A stretch of 63,589 bases of DNA, the filler included, from Reclinomonas americana ATCC 50394 (Eukaryota), in the NCBI GenBank assembly GCA_048213135.1. It is 57 parts of 57 records of this genome, joined end to end, with 100 filler letters (N's around TTAATTAATTAA, not from the genome) between each part and the next. Parts side by side here need not be neighbours in the genome. Positions count along the whole stretch, not along the records: positions 12,360 to 13,380 come from AFZH01026812.1; positions 13,481 to 14,501 come from AFZH01026813.1; positions 14,602 to 15,621 come from AFZH01026814.1; positions 15,722 to 16,741 come from AFZH01026815.1; positions 16,842 to 17,864 come from AFZH01026816.1; positions 17,965 to 18,984 come from AFZH01026817.1; positions 19,085 to 20,105 come from AFZH01026818.1; positions 20,206 to 21,225 come from AFZH01026819.1; 49 more parts are not named here. One strand, given 5' to 3'. The first letter of the stretch is position 1. Every line of letters starts with the position of its first letter. Below, piece by piece: positions 12,360 through 24,699 of this stretch. Position numbers and translations under genes: made by a program. The notes under the pieces were generated by a model, which saw only the letters and a list, made by a program, of their open reading frames with translations, made no database searches and was not told the origin of the DNA.

Positions 12360-13380
12360 GCCTTGCCGTTGCGGTCGAGCCACTTGCCGCACTGGCACTT
12401 GGTCTTTTGGCAGTGGCACTCGGTGAAGCACTCGCAGTGACCGGCGGTCTTGCTCGTGGCTCCCACGCACGTGCCGTGCTTGCCGCAGCAGTCCTCGCCA
12501 CCGAACGGGCAGTCGGTCGGCGACTGCTTGGGCGGCTTGGGGAAGACCTTGTCACAGGCGTCGCCGGTCCAACCGTCGGCGCAGTCGCAGGTGAGGTCGG
12601 GGCGGCATGTACCGTTGCCGTTGCAGTTGCCGTTGCCGGGGCAGTCGTAGCAGATGCCGGCAAAGTTGGCGACCGGTGGCTTGCTGGGGAACTCGGCGTC
12701 CCACTGCAGCACGCAGGAGGTGCCAATGGCCGCCGGGCACGCGTCGCCAGAGGCCTTGCGGCACTGGTAGTGCGAGCCGAAGCTGGCGGCGTTGCCGCTC
12801 ACGCAGCGGCCGTTGAGGCAGGTGGCGTTCGAGTCGACCTCGGCGCCGCGGTTGTCGTGGTACGAGCCGTGCAGGCATTCCGAGTCGCGTCGGCACTCGC
12901 CGCCGCCGGTGGCGTAGCCTGTGGAATAGGGGGAAAGAGGGTGAGGGAAGGGGTAGAGGAGGGGGAAAGGGAGGGGAAGGGAAGGGAGGGAGGGGAGAAG
13001 GGGAGGGGGGAAGGGGAGGGTGGGCAGGGAGGGGGAGGGAAGGAGAGAGCGAGGAGAGACAGAAAGAGAGGGAAGGTGGTTCTCAAACGCAACCGTCAAA
13101 CTTCTTGCCACCATGGCATGCGCCGTAATCCTGGTAGTCAGGCTTGGTTGGTGGAGGTGTCGGCGGCGAAGGAGTCGGCGGCTTCTTGTCGCCGTCGTGG
13201 CCCTTGTCGCCGTCCTTGTCACCACCCTTGCCGCTGTCGCCACTCTTGCCGCTGTCGCCACTCTTGTTGTAGTCGCCGCCCTTGTCACCGCCCTTGCCGC
13301 TGTCACCGCCCTTGCCGCTGTCACCGCCCTTGTTGTAGTCGCCGCCCTTGTCACCGCCCTTGCCGCTGTCACCGCCCTTG
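12360..13380 (-). CDS. Extracellular EGF-repeat protein with an upstream Gly-Gly-Asp-Lys tandem repeat region
   Basis: Exon 12360-~12918 contains CPGNGNCNGNGTCRPDLTCDCADGWTGDAC and CCGKHGTC. The upstream exon reads KGGDSGKGGDKGGDYN repeats then KKPPTPSPPTPPP. A polypyrimidine intron separates them. Confidence 0.8.
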
Positions 13381-13480
13381 NNNNNNNNNNNNNNNNNNNN
13401 NNNNNNNNNNNNNNNNNNNNNNNNTTAATTAATTAANNNNNNNNNNNNNNNNNNNNNNNNNNNNNNNNNNNNNNNNNNNN

Positions 13481-14501
13481 TTGTCAGCCATGAGTTCCCT
13501 GGCGGCGAAACAGAGCGCGCCGCCTACAAGATACAGTGCGACCTCTCCTGTTCTGCTGCTTGCGACGTTGAGTCCATCAGCAGTCTGATTTGTCAGCGCG
13601 GCAACCTCATCCGTGTCGCCGTCGCCGAGGTCGCGTCGGTGATGCGACACACTGCACTGACGCGTCAGCTGGACACACGTGACTATCTGGCCGTTTTGCC
13701 GCTTGGCCGGCTGAGAAAGGACTATGCCCGGCTCTCAGTCGAAGCGTCAGTCGATGCACTGGTAGCCCACTTGTGCCCAGTTGGCCGAAACGGTGACGAG
13801 GCGGCCACGGAGCGAGTGAGACGAGTGCTGTTCTCAACTTATAGAACGCGACCACTGCACTTTAAAGGTGCGTGAAGAGAGAGAGAGAGAGAGAGAAGGG
13901 GATCCGGAGGGAGAGGTGGAGGTGGGATGGAGTGAGTTGGTGGTCTTTGTTTATCTTTGCTTGTGGGTGCGGATCCGGATGTGGGCGTGTTGGTGATACA
14001 GAGCATGAGCGCAAACGTGTTATTGTGCGTGTGGGTGTCAGTGTTGGTATGTGAGAAGGAGAGAGTGAGAGAGAGAACGAGTACTTGTGTGTAAGAGGAA
14101 CTGATTGTGTAACCCAGATGTGGAGCTTATCAAAGAGCTACTCGATGCCGATTTTCAGGGGCAGTCGGCGGCCAGTTTTGGCGCTGGTGCATGCGAGTGT
14201 GCTGCGATGCGTGCAGTTGCCGAGTATGAGGTCAAGTGCTTGGACTCTGCTCGACGGCTTCTCCTGGCGCTGTGGGATATATCTGTGGCCGTCGCAGATG
14301 CTCTGCATGATGACGACATCGCTGCGCTGGCCCCCATCATCCCCATCCCACTGGACGTCGAGGGCGGGGAGTCGTGCTTGGCTGTTATGGCGAACACGCT
14401 CGCAATTCTCTTGGAGGCGATATCTCATGTTCGTGGGACACGCCACAAGCTGGTTTCGCCGCCGCCGCCTGTGTCGGAGGATGCCCTTGCTGTGCTGCGG
14501 C
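13481..14501 (+). CDS. Hypothetical protein, two-exon fragment
   Basis: GC-rich open frames 13483-~13868 and ~14118-14501 separated by a GA/GT-rich GT-AG intron; no family recognised. Confidence 0.5.
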
Positions 14502-14657
14502 NNNNNNNNNNNNNNNNNNNNNNNNNNNNNNNNNNNNNNNNNNNNTTAATTAATTAANNNNNNNNNNNNNNNNNNNNNNNNNNNNNNNNNNNNNNNNNNN
14601 NGGCGCGCATTTTTTTCGCTCACATGTTGATCGCCCGCCCCTTCATTTTTTCGCACA

Positions 14658-15621
14658 GGAACGCATTGGAACACTTCTCGAGCCGCAATCGACCTTGTTG
14701 CCGCGCGAGGAGCAACTCGCCGCACTGCTGCGGCGGTACTTCAAACCGGCGCAGCTGGCCCGTTTCCAGTCGCTGTCCTTTACCGAGGAGCAACTGGTGG
14801 TGCTGTGCGCGCTGCTGTCGGCCGAGCTGTCGGTGACGTTCCGCATCAACTTTTTGCCGCCGCCGCTTGTCGACGACGACGACGATGAGTGGGACGAGGA
14901 GGAGATTTTGACGCTGGCACTGACGGAGCTGCCGATGACGGCCGGCAATGGTGCCGGCGGCAGTCAGGCGGCTGGCGGTGTCGACAATGATCTAGTGTCG
15001 ACGCTGTCGCTGATGACCATGATCACGCCGCGTCAGCACAACACCAGCATGGACACGTCGGGGCTGACGCCGCGCAGCAGCCGGACGTTTGATGCGGCGT
15101 CGGTCGACGGCGATGCGTCGCTCGATGCCGTCAGCGAGCGCCACGACGATTCGCGCGTGAGTGAACGTTCGCGCAATTCGTCGTCGCGTGTGGTCGAGCT
15201 GTGGATCCGCGCCGGTCAGTTGGGCACGATGGAGTCGCTGCCGCTGACGCCGGACACGGTGGCGCACCAGTCGCTGCTTCTCGGTCTTGGAGACATGTCG
15301 CCATCACCGCGCAGTCAGCAACCACCCTCACCACGCGACGGCTCGTTGAGCGCTCGTGGCATGCGTGGCCCCCTCCCAACGCCACCGCTTGGCTCGCTGC
15401 CGCCACTGCCCAGTGGTGGCCTGCCGCCATTGTCGGCGCGGTCGTCGGGTCAGCTGTCAGGTTTGCCACTGTTTTCATGTTGCTTGATCTCCCCTCGTCA
15501 GCACACTCATCTCCTCCTCCTCCCCCATGTGCACACACAGCTCGCGGCTCTGTGAGCCACGTGCTGCCGGGATTGCCGCCTGTGCTTCCGCCGCTGCCAC
15601 TGGCAGAGTCTGGCATTGTAC
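14658..15621 (+). CDS. Hypothetical protein with acidic and Pro/Ser-rich regions, fragment
   Basis: 286-aa open frame with host-like codon usage and PLPTPP/LPPLP motifs. Confidence 0.55.
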
Positions 15622-15799
15622 NNNNNNNNNNNNNNNNNNNNNNNNNNNNNNNNNNNNNNNNNNNNTTAATTAATTAANNNNNNNNNNNNNNNNNNNNNNN
15701 NNNNNNNNNNNNNNNNNNNNNGAGAGAGAGGGAGAGGGAGGGAGGGAGGGTGAGAAAGAAAGAGAGAGAAAGCGCGTCTGTGCGTGAGAGAGAGAGAGA

Positions 15800-16600
15800 C
15801 GCAACCAGAAGGGAGACCGGCGCCCATGGCGGCCCAGAAGAATGATTCAGTCTCGGCCTCCTCGTCAATCACGGGGTAAAAGTAGGCAACGTTGCTGGCG
15901 GTCACACCGCCGGCCTGCAAAGGAATGAAAAATGGTGAGGCGGAGTAGGACGAGAGAATACACAACTCCACCGCTCACCTTGGTGAACAGGCCACCGACG
16001 TACACAATGCCACCGGACCCAGGCGCAATGGCGTTGACGCGTCCACTAATGCCGGTGCCCATCGGTGACCTGCGACCAGCACAAAGCGTCAGAATCGACG
16101 CACTCTCCACGTTCACTTTTCTCAGAAAGAGAGAGCGAGAGAGAGAAAGGCTGCGACTCCTGTGTCTGGCTGCTGTTGTGCAATCGTCTTGTTCTGTACC
16201 TGTTCGGTGGTCTGCCTTCTATCGTCTCTTGCCACTGACACTCTCTCTCCCCATTTCACTCACCAAATGCCCCTGTCAAACGTGTACACGCCGATGCGCA
16301 GTGCCGGTGGCGGGCACTCTTCCTGGCACGCCAGATTACCAACGTCGGAGAAGGTGCCTACACACACCGCGAGAGGTGAGCTCTTCCTGTTCCACGAGTG
16401 ATTCGTCGCCACACAGACCTCCCACATACAGCTTCTCGGTGGCCGGGTTATCGGGCAACGGCGGCACGTACGCCAGAGCACGCACAGAGCCACCGGTGAC
16501 AGAGCCGGGAATGCTCCACGAGTTGCCGTCGAACATCATCAGGGAGTTTGGATCGTCATTCGGCCGGCCAGTGGAGATGAGGTCGGCGGCCACGTAAAGC
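15800..16600 (-). CDS. Beta-propeller protein (Rax2/Kelch-like 'LYVGGxF' repeats), spliced fragment
   Basis: Repeats FDGNSWSIPGSVTGGSVRALA...LYVGGL and GTGISGRVNAIAPGSGGIVYVGGLFTK/AGGVTASNVAYF. Confidence 0.65.
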
Positions 16601-17175
16601 TGTGTGTGAGAGAGAAGTGAGCGCGTGTGACAATGAGGAGTGCTGGTGAGAGCAGCGCAACGTTGCCGCGGAAGAGTCGAATATCCCACGCTGTGCCCAT
16701 GACATTCACACCCTGATGATTGATGCATCTGAAATGAGTGCNNNNNNNNNNNNNNNNNNNNNNNNNNNNNNNNNNNNNNNNNNNNTTAATTAATTAANNN
16801 NNNNNNNNNNNNNNNNNNNNNNNNNNNNNNNNNNNNNNNNNGAGAGAGAGAGAGAGAGAGAGAGAAAGAATTGAGAAAATAAGAGGAGAATGCGAACGCG
16901 GAGTCCAATGGCGGAACAACAGAATCGGCGTGTGCGTGAGACAGCGAGAGCGTGCGAGAGAGAAGCGCGCATGCAAGAGGGCAGAGAAAGGCGGAATAAC
17001 AACGGCGGAGAGAGAGGGAGAGAGAAAGAAGAGGAGCATGAGGATATATGATGCAAGATCGATGTTTGTGTGTGTGAGAGTGAGTGCGTGTGAGAGAGTG
17101 TGTGTGTGTTGTGTGAAAGGATGAAAGGAAGAAGAGGAATGCGTGACAGAGAGAGCGCAACTGCGGAATAACAAG

Positions 17176-17210
<35 letters not shown>

Positions 17211-17418
17211 AGAGGAGCATGAGGACAGATGATGCAAGATGATGTGTGTGTACATGTGTGCGTGAGAGAGAGAGAGAGAGAGTGAGAGGAATGCACCAAG
17301 AGAAGAGAGAGCACACTTGCGGCGGAGAGAGAGAGAAACAGACAGACAGACAGTCAGACGCACACACACAGAGAGAGAGAGAGAGAGACGCCCCTGCCAC
17401 CCTCCCCCCCCCCCGCAC

Positions 17419-17667
17419 TCACCCTCCTCCACTCCACTTGACAGGCACGACAAACGCAAACGCGCACAGCTGAATCGTATCCAACAACAGTAATAGCACC
17501 ACACCCCACACTTTCCACGAGCGCCACGTCGGCACCGGCTTGTGCTCCTGCGAACCGATTCGATCCGACTGATACGCCTTCATCGACACGAACCAGCCAA
17601 TCAGCCACGCCACGACAAACGGAAATCCAATCCCAAGTCCCGCGCGAATCGCCTCCGAGGTCACCAT
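17419..17667 (-). CDS. Membrane protein, first exon
   Basis: MVTSEAIRAGLGIGFPFVVAWLIGWFV...VWGVVLLLLLDTIQLCAFAF gives two hydrophobic helices after an ATG; a CT-rich intron follows. Confidence 0.5.
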   Translation of the reverse strand: MVTSEAIRAGLGIGFPFVVAWLIGWFVSMKAYQSDRIGSQEHKPVPTWRSWKVWGVVLLLLLDTIQLCAFAFVVPVKWSGGG

Positions 17668-17970
17668 TTTTCCCCACTCGCACAGTCACTCACTCGCTCT
17701 CTGTTGCACACAAAAGAAAATGGAAAAATTGTGACACAATGCGCGTGTGTGTCTCTCTCTCTCTCTGTGAGTGTGTGCGTCACTGTCTCTTTTCGCTCTC
17801 TCCGCGTGTGTGTGTGTGTGTTTACCTGGTGTGTGCGTGAGAGTCCCCACTGGGTGTGTGGAGCNNNNNNNNNNNNNNNNNNNNNNNNNNNNNNNNNNNN
17901 NNNNNNNNTTAATTAATTAANNNNNNNNNNNNNNNNNNNNNNNNNNNNNNNNNNNNNNNNNNNNTAATCA

Positions 17971-18984
17971 ATGGAGCCGATGTCCGACAACTCATCACCG
18001 CATCAGTGCATCACACGCATGGAGAACCGACTCGGCTCTCTCCCACTCTGGGGCACCTCGCTGCTCGTCTCACTGCTCGTGCTGATGCTCGTCACCGGCA
18101 CACCACACCAGCAACCCATACACCAACCACCCTCACAACAACAACAACAACAAGCGCAGCAATCCTCCGAGGACACCACTCTCCCCACGCCCGAGCCCTC
18201 CGCCGCCGCCTTTTACGTCACCGAGACGGCCAACAGCACTGCCTCGGCCTCCTCCTCCGACACATGGAGTCTGACAGGCGATGAGGCCGCAGAGTACTTG
18301 CTGGAGGACGACCCAACTCCGCCTCCACCGCCTCCCCCGCCTCCTCACTCGACCACTGCTGCCACTGCGCACAGTGGAGAAGAGAGGGAGGAGGACGAGG
18401 ACGAGGAAGACGAGGAAGAAGAAGAGGGCAAGCAGCAGAAGAAGAAGCCGCATCGTGGAGTGCTTGCAATGTTGTGGCGAATCATGCGTGCAGTGTGGGA
18501 ACAGGTGTCGTCCACGCCTGGCATGTCGCGTGTGCTGGCCTTGCTGGTGTGGTTGGCCATGTATGCGCAGTGGGCGCTGTCGTGGCTGTGTCGTCGTGTG
18601 TTGATGTGTGGGTGCGTGAGTGTGTGTGTCCCTTGCCCCGTCACTGTGTCGAGTGTCTCACCTCTCTCTCTGTCTCTACGTAGTCCGATTCCACGCCACA
18701 TTGCGTTTATCATGGATGGGAATCGTCGGTGGGCTGAAATGCGTCACATGTCGCGGACGGCCGGTCACAAGTTTGGGTACAAGACACTGGAACAGGTGGG
18801 GTTGCTCTCTCACGCTCCATCTCCTTCCGCTTGGTCTCATGCGCACACTCGACAGGCGCTGGAGTGGTGCCTGCAGCTGGGCGTCGAGGCCATCACCGTG
18901 TACGCGTTTTCGATTGAGAATTTCAAGCGCTCGGCCGAGGAGGTGTCGATGCTGATGGGCTTGGCACGCGAGAAGTTTGATCGC
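17971..18984 (+). CDS. Cis-prenyltransferase (DHDDS/RER2-like) with a long N-terminal extension
   Basis: [51 protein letters not shown]; introns at ~18617-18682 and ~18796-18855. Confidence 0.93.
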
Positions 18985-19084
18985 NNNNNNNNNNNNNNNN
19001 NNNNNNNNNNNNNNNNNNNNNNNNNNNNTTAATTAATTAANNNNNNNNNNNNNNNNNNNNNNNNNNNNNNNNNNNNNNNNNNNN

Positions 19085-20105
19085 CGCTTGCCACTTGGTG
19101 AGCAATGGCAGAGTCCTCTGGAGATCCTGGTGGTTCTCCAGGAGATGATCGCTGCACTCCTCCGCCACGAGCAGGGCAGCGCGAGTTGGCTGAGCTCACA
19201 CACGAACCCACGAGCAAGCCGCCTGTCAGCTCCACTACGTGCCGACCACACGTGGTGGAGTTGGCGGGAACCAGAAACGCATCCGTTACCGAGGATGCGT
19301 CTGGGGACTCAACATGCGCTGCCGCTCCCACTGCCCCTGCGCAAAGACAGCAGTGCCCAACGCTCGGTGCCCGTTGCTGGCGCCGCGCATGCACTGCCGA
19401 GCGAGGGAAGTGGCGCGAGTGAGAAACATCGCATTTCCCCATTCTCCCCATCTGACGGTGATGACGACGATGAGGAGGAGGAAGATGACGATGTGGTGGA
19501 CGTGGAAAGTCAGGGTGAGCAAGAAAGCCCTCGACTGGAAACACCGGCGCACTCCGTCGCAGTACGGAAGAAAGCTGCTGGCGTGTCCACCACCCGAGCA
19601 CAGGGTGCCCAAGGCGCGAAGATTCAGGCTGCAGCCATGTCGACGAGGGTGACACGACTGGCAGTGCAGAAGGATCCCGAGCTGAAGGCACAAGTGTTCT
19701 CCCCCATACCCGAGATCCAGAAGTTGGTTCCTGGCTGCATCGGTGAGCGCTTGTCGGAGGCGCAAGATCCCAGTGCACAGCAACACTCTGGAAGAAGGAT
19801 GGAAGCGCCGACCGGAGAGGTGGCCCACGCCCACATGGGTGCGTCGGAGCCGGCCGGTATGGCGAGCCGCGGAAGCACGAAAATCACCACCGCGGCAGCG
19901 GGCGACGCCAGCCCACTTGGAGCGCCCAGCGACGCCATTGACCACGGCGAAGCAGGCGACGGGCGAGGCGAACCCGAGACGGCCGAGCAACAAAAGGCCG
20001 TCGCCGACAGCGGCGTACCACAGCCAATCTGCGCCCAGCGCTCCACTGCCCCCGGGGCAGTGTCTGAGCGCAGCAGCGGGCCCACGCCCCATCATGGCAA
20101 TGCCG
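19085..20105 (+). CDS. Hypothetical low-complexity protein fragment
   Basis: Frame stays open across nearly the whole contig; no family motif recognised. Confidence 0.35.
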
Positions 20106-20220
20106 NNNNNNNNNNNNNNNNNNNNNNNNNNNNNNNNNNNNNNNNNNNNTTAATTAATTAANNNNNNNNNNNNNNNNNNNNNNNNNNNNNNNNNNNNNNN
20201 NNNNNGGATGAAAGAAAAGA

Positions 20221-20440
20221 AAGAAAGAGAAGAGGGGCGAGAAGAGATATGTGGAGGAGGGAAAAAGTGATTGATTCTACAATCACAGAACAAAGGGAAG
20301 AAGAAGAAGAGATATGTGGGGGAGGAAAAGATGACTATACAAGGATGATATCCCATGGAGAGAAGGGAAGAAGAGGGAGAAGAGATGTGTGGGGGAGGAA
20401 AAGGTGACTATACAAGGATGATATCCTATGGAGAGAGACG
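20221..20440. repeat. Short degenerate tandem repeat (~75-85 bp unit, about 3 copies)
   Basis: gaagagatatgtgggggaggaaaagatgactatacaaggatgatatcccatggagaga recurs with variants. Confidence 0.7.
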
Positions 20441-21325
20441 ATCTCATTTCCACCCCCCTGTGAGATCGACTCGCCCTCTGCAATCATGGAATACACAATC
20501 GCACATTCTCTTCAACATGCATGGAAAGTGACGAATGAAGCAGCCTGATGGAACAAGAGATTCAGAAATACACACGAGTGGAATGCGTGAGGGGTGGGAG
20601 GGAAAGAGTGAGTGAAATCGATTCCACTCCACAAATCACATTTCCCCATGAACAGACATTGACCGACTCTGTTCAATCACAGAATGCACACCCCCTGTCA
20701 ATCAAAGAGATGACTCATGCAGCTAAAAATAGCACGCACAGTCACATCACCACGAATCACGGCACGCACCCTCCTCCCTTGTATCATGCACACACCCCAC
20801 TCCCAGTAAAACTCCTTTTCCATAATATTGACCAAGAAAGTGACGCACGCCAAGAATAGAGAAATCGCGTAGGTGTACCTGGAAATATTATGTGTGAGAC
20901 GAAAAGAAAAAGCAACGAAAGAAATGAACAACAGCGTCGAAGCGAGGGAATCGTCTGCGAGTGAGCATTCGATCGTATTCTCAAGCAGAGACGATTGGAG
21001 ATGGATGAAGGAAAAGGATGTTGACTGCAATCGGTGAGAGATGATTGCGATTTCTTGGCATGATTGTGATGGGAAAGCGGAGAGAATGAATGCGATGATC
21101 ATGAAGGAGAAGGTATGAAGGGAAGAGAAGATGTGTGGAGATGTTCTATCTTCTGCATGATGCTTTCTCTTCTTCTTCTTCTCCTCTCTAATCATCATCT
21201 TTCTCACCACCTCTTCCCCAAACAANNNNNNNNNNNNNNNNNNNNNNNNNNNNNNNNNNNNNNNNNNNNTTAATTAATTAANNNNNNNNNNNNNNNNNNN
21301 NNNNNNNNNNNNNNNNNNNNNNNNN

Positions 21326-22345
21326 AAGCATGGAGCCCAGTTGAGGTAGTGTGGTGGCGCTGTCGGCGGCGCCAGCGAGGAGCCGTCGCTGCTCAACCGA
21401 GAGCGTGCCCGTCGCGCCAATGTTGCCATTGCTGCCGCTGCCGCCGCCAAACTCTAGTGGGCTCGACAAGGCCAGTAGGGAAGAGGCGCTGCGCTGGTGC
21501 GCCAATAGGTGTTGTTGCTGAAGCTGTTGTACATGTTGCGCCGACAAGGCGGCGAGTGGCGACTGTGGTGTCGCCGATTCCAGGCCATGCAAGAGGCCGT
21601 GATTAATACCGGGAGTTCCGAGACCGACGCCATCCAGGCCTGCAGGATGATGGCTCAAACTCGTAAAGCCGACAGACACGTGATGTGCGGAAGCAGAAGC
21701 AGCAGTTGACAGTGGCACGCCGGTCTGGTTGACACCGGCATGCGCAAGCATGGCAGCATGCGCACCAACTGTAGGATTCAGAACGGCAGGTGACGCGTGA
21801 CGCGAAAACTGGGGCCATGCACCTCGTCTGCGTCGTCGTTTCCGCTCATTCTCGAACCAGCCTGTGCAAGTGTGCACCCATCGAAATCAGTGACTCGAAC
21901 AAATGGTGCAATCGCGCGCAGCGCGACAGCAAACGATCGCGACGACAGGAGTTGACAGAAAAACTCGAGAAACAGCGCAGCGATTTTTTGCAAGAAACAA
22001 GTGTCGAGCGTCCAAACACGTAACTGGTGATGGACGACAATGTGCGACCGAGCTCGGTGGCCAAGACGCGTTTCCGGCGCCAATCCGGGTACTGCATGCA
22101 CCCCGCACATCGCACATGAGTGAGAGAGAAAACAGAAAGGGAAGAGACATGATCAATGGCAATCACAACTCCAAAAGAAGCAAAAGCAAAACACAAAGAG
22201 TTAGACATGGGGTTTTGCCCAGCAGACACGACAGCGACAGACACACACCCGTGCAATCACAAAACACTCACACACAGAGTGCACAATAGGTCGAGTGGTG
22301 GCGGACTTAATATAGCGCTTATCAAACCACAAGCGCAAAAAAGGC
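21326..22345 (-). CDS. Homeobox transcription factor, spliced fragment
   Basis: Exon 22091-22025 (YPDWRRKRVLATELGRTLSSIT) spliced over a GT-AG intron (22024-21862) to SWFENERKRRRRR gives exact homeodomain Y25-W48 spacing. LRLWF upstream fits helix 1; a His/Gln/Ala-rich tail follows. Confidence 0.85.
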
Positions 22346-22814
22346 NNNNNNNNNNNNNNNNNNNNNNNNNNNNNNNNNNNNNNNNNNNNTTAATTAATTA
22401 ANNNNNNNNNNNNNNNNNNNNNNNNNNNNNNNNNNNNNNNNNNNNAAGCGCGCATGTTTCCACACGACCGGAGGTCGATGCACTGGCGGGATCTTCCTTT
22501 TTAGTGCGCGGAGTCTGGTGGTGGTAGACTAGAGTGATTTTCTTTTTGCTTTTGGCGGCCCGTCGCCGCTGCTGCTGCTGCTGGTGTTGCCACTGTACTG
22601 CGAGCGTGTGAATGTGTGTGTGTGTAAGGCTTGACGTTCTTGGCAATATCTGTGATGCGATGTGGGAGGGAGGCGGGGAGGGGCAGAGGTGGTGGTTTCT
22701 GATTACAAAACAAGGTGCACCAGAGAGTTTTACTGTGCACAACGAACCGCAAAACAAGCTAAACAACGGGGGGGACAGAAGAAAGAAGAGAAAGGGGGGA
22801 AGTACTACAAGGAA

Positions 22815-23464
22815 CTAGGATCGCTCGCCGCCAGACCACGAACGCGACGATGACGAATGACTGCTGACATCAGACTCGCTCGTCTGATGGCCCTTCCGTG
22901 CCGCCGCCGTGACGACAGTGGGGACTGCGGGGACCGGTGGTGGTGCATACCGCTGGCTGAGACTTTCCAGCGGCTCCAACGGTGAATCAATCCCACTGCC
23001 GTCGGCGCAGGCAAAAGAGTGACTCGGTGCCGACAGGTTGCGCGACGCTCCACGCGAACCACGAGATCCACGCAACACAGGCGAAGCGCCGGGCGACGAC
23101 AAGATCGCGCCTGGCGAATGCGTCGGCTGTGCGTGCGTACGCTGGTGATGATGGTGGTGACTGCGGTGGTGATGATGTTGGTGATGGTGGTGGTGATCGT
23201 GACGGGTGTGATGGTGATGGTGATGCCTTCTGGAGTGATTGGACGGCGGAGCCAGAATGCTCACCGGCACGGCCGACGACGAGAGAACGGGCGTATACAA
23301 CGCCGGTGGCGTAGTACCTGAGCCCTCCGCCGCCGACGCCGACACCGACTCGGACGGCTCGGTCATCACGGCCGCATCGTCGACATTGCCGCCGTCCGAG
23401 TTGCGCGATGAGTGCGTGGAAATCGACTCTAGCGTGCTCCGCAACACGTCGTGCACGATTTCCA
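22815..23464 (-). CDS. C-terminal fragment of a His/Ser-rich hypothetical protein
   Basis: Open frame with a poly-His tract ending at a stop at 22815. Confidence 0.5.
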
Positions 23465-23564
23465 NNNNNNNNNNNNNNNNNNNNNNNNNNNNNNNNNNNN
23501 NNNNNNNNTTAATTAATTAANNNNNNNNNNNNNNNNNNNNNNNNNNNNNNNNNNNNNNNNNNNN

Positions 23565-24583
23565 GGAGAAAGGGAGGGTGTGCGGCATTTCTTGCTCACG
23601 CACCGCATCAACGACTCGTACTCGGGAATGAGAGTGGTCACCGCAGCCAAAGACGACTGCGTGGCGAGTGCACAACGGAGTGCATGTCGCAGCGACAACA
23701 TCGCGCAGTATCCACACAACGTATTGGAGGAACCGACGAATTCCAGCCAGTACTGCAGAGGGGTGGTGGCGAGTGAGAACACGCAACAGCAGTGGCACAA
23801 TCGGCACACCCGGGCATATCGACGCGCAACATCACGCAAAAACTCGAGGTCGGTCCAGTAAAGAGTCTCCGTAATCATCGGCAACACCTGCAGGGCCATG
23901 CGGCGCACCTCAAATACGGTGGACGTGACGCTCTCCACGGTCTGGAACCAGATCATGCGCAGCGTGGCGCCAATCGGAGCAACTGGCGCGCCACGAGCAG
24001 CAGCCGCTCTGCAGAACGACACACTGATGGTGAGCACGCGCGTTCACCCAATCTGGAGGCGGAGGCACGCAACTGTGGGGTTTGTCGTGCAGACGTGGGC
24101 ATTCGCCGGAGCTGATCCAGAATGGAGACAGCTGGTGAGTTGCGTGCCCCCGATGTCGCCACACCCTGCATCGTTGTCAGTGCGTCGGCAATGGAAACAG
24201 CGAACCCTGGATCGTACGACGCGCAACTGGTGGTACTGACGAAGCCGCGTGTTGAAACGAAGGATGCATGGGGCTGGAGAGGACGGCACGAGTCGGCGTG
24301 ACTTCAAGCGCTGCCGTACTCGGTGAAGGTTGTGTGGAGCCGACGGCGGGTGACGGTGGCACAGACGACACCTCCATGTGCATCGTGCCCATGTCGGGAG
24401 TCGATACTGCCACCAGCAAACAAGTAAGCAACGAAATAACGACGACGGACAACAGACCAACGTGGAAACGAACTTGCGTGGCGCACAGGCGGGCGAGCAG
24501 CTGCTGGCATCAACACCTGTGGAGGCGAGGCCAGTGGTGGTGGTGGTGAAAAGGCACCGGGAGTGTTTGAGCGACTGTGATGG
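23565..24583 (-). CDS. Alpha-helical (ARM/HEAT-like) hypothetical protein, spliced fragment
   Basis: VFEVRRMALQVLPMITETL and CGYCAMLSLRHALRCALA show an amphipathic repeat pattern; short GT-AG introns. Confidence 0.4.
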
Positions 24584-24699
24584 NNNNNNNNNNNNNNNNN
24601 NNNNNNNNNNNNNNNNNNNNNNNNNNNTTAATTAATTAANNNNNNNNNNNNNNNNNNNNNNNNNNNNNNNNNNNNNNNNNNNNGGCACCGTCATTCGCT

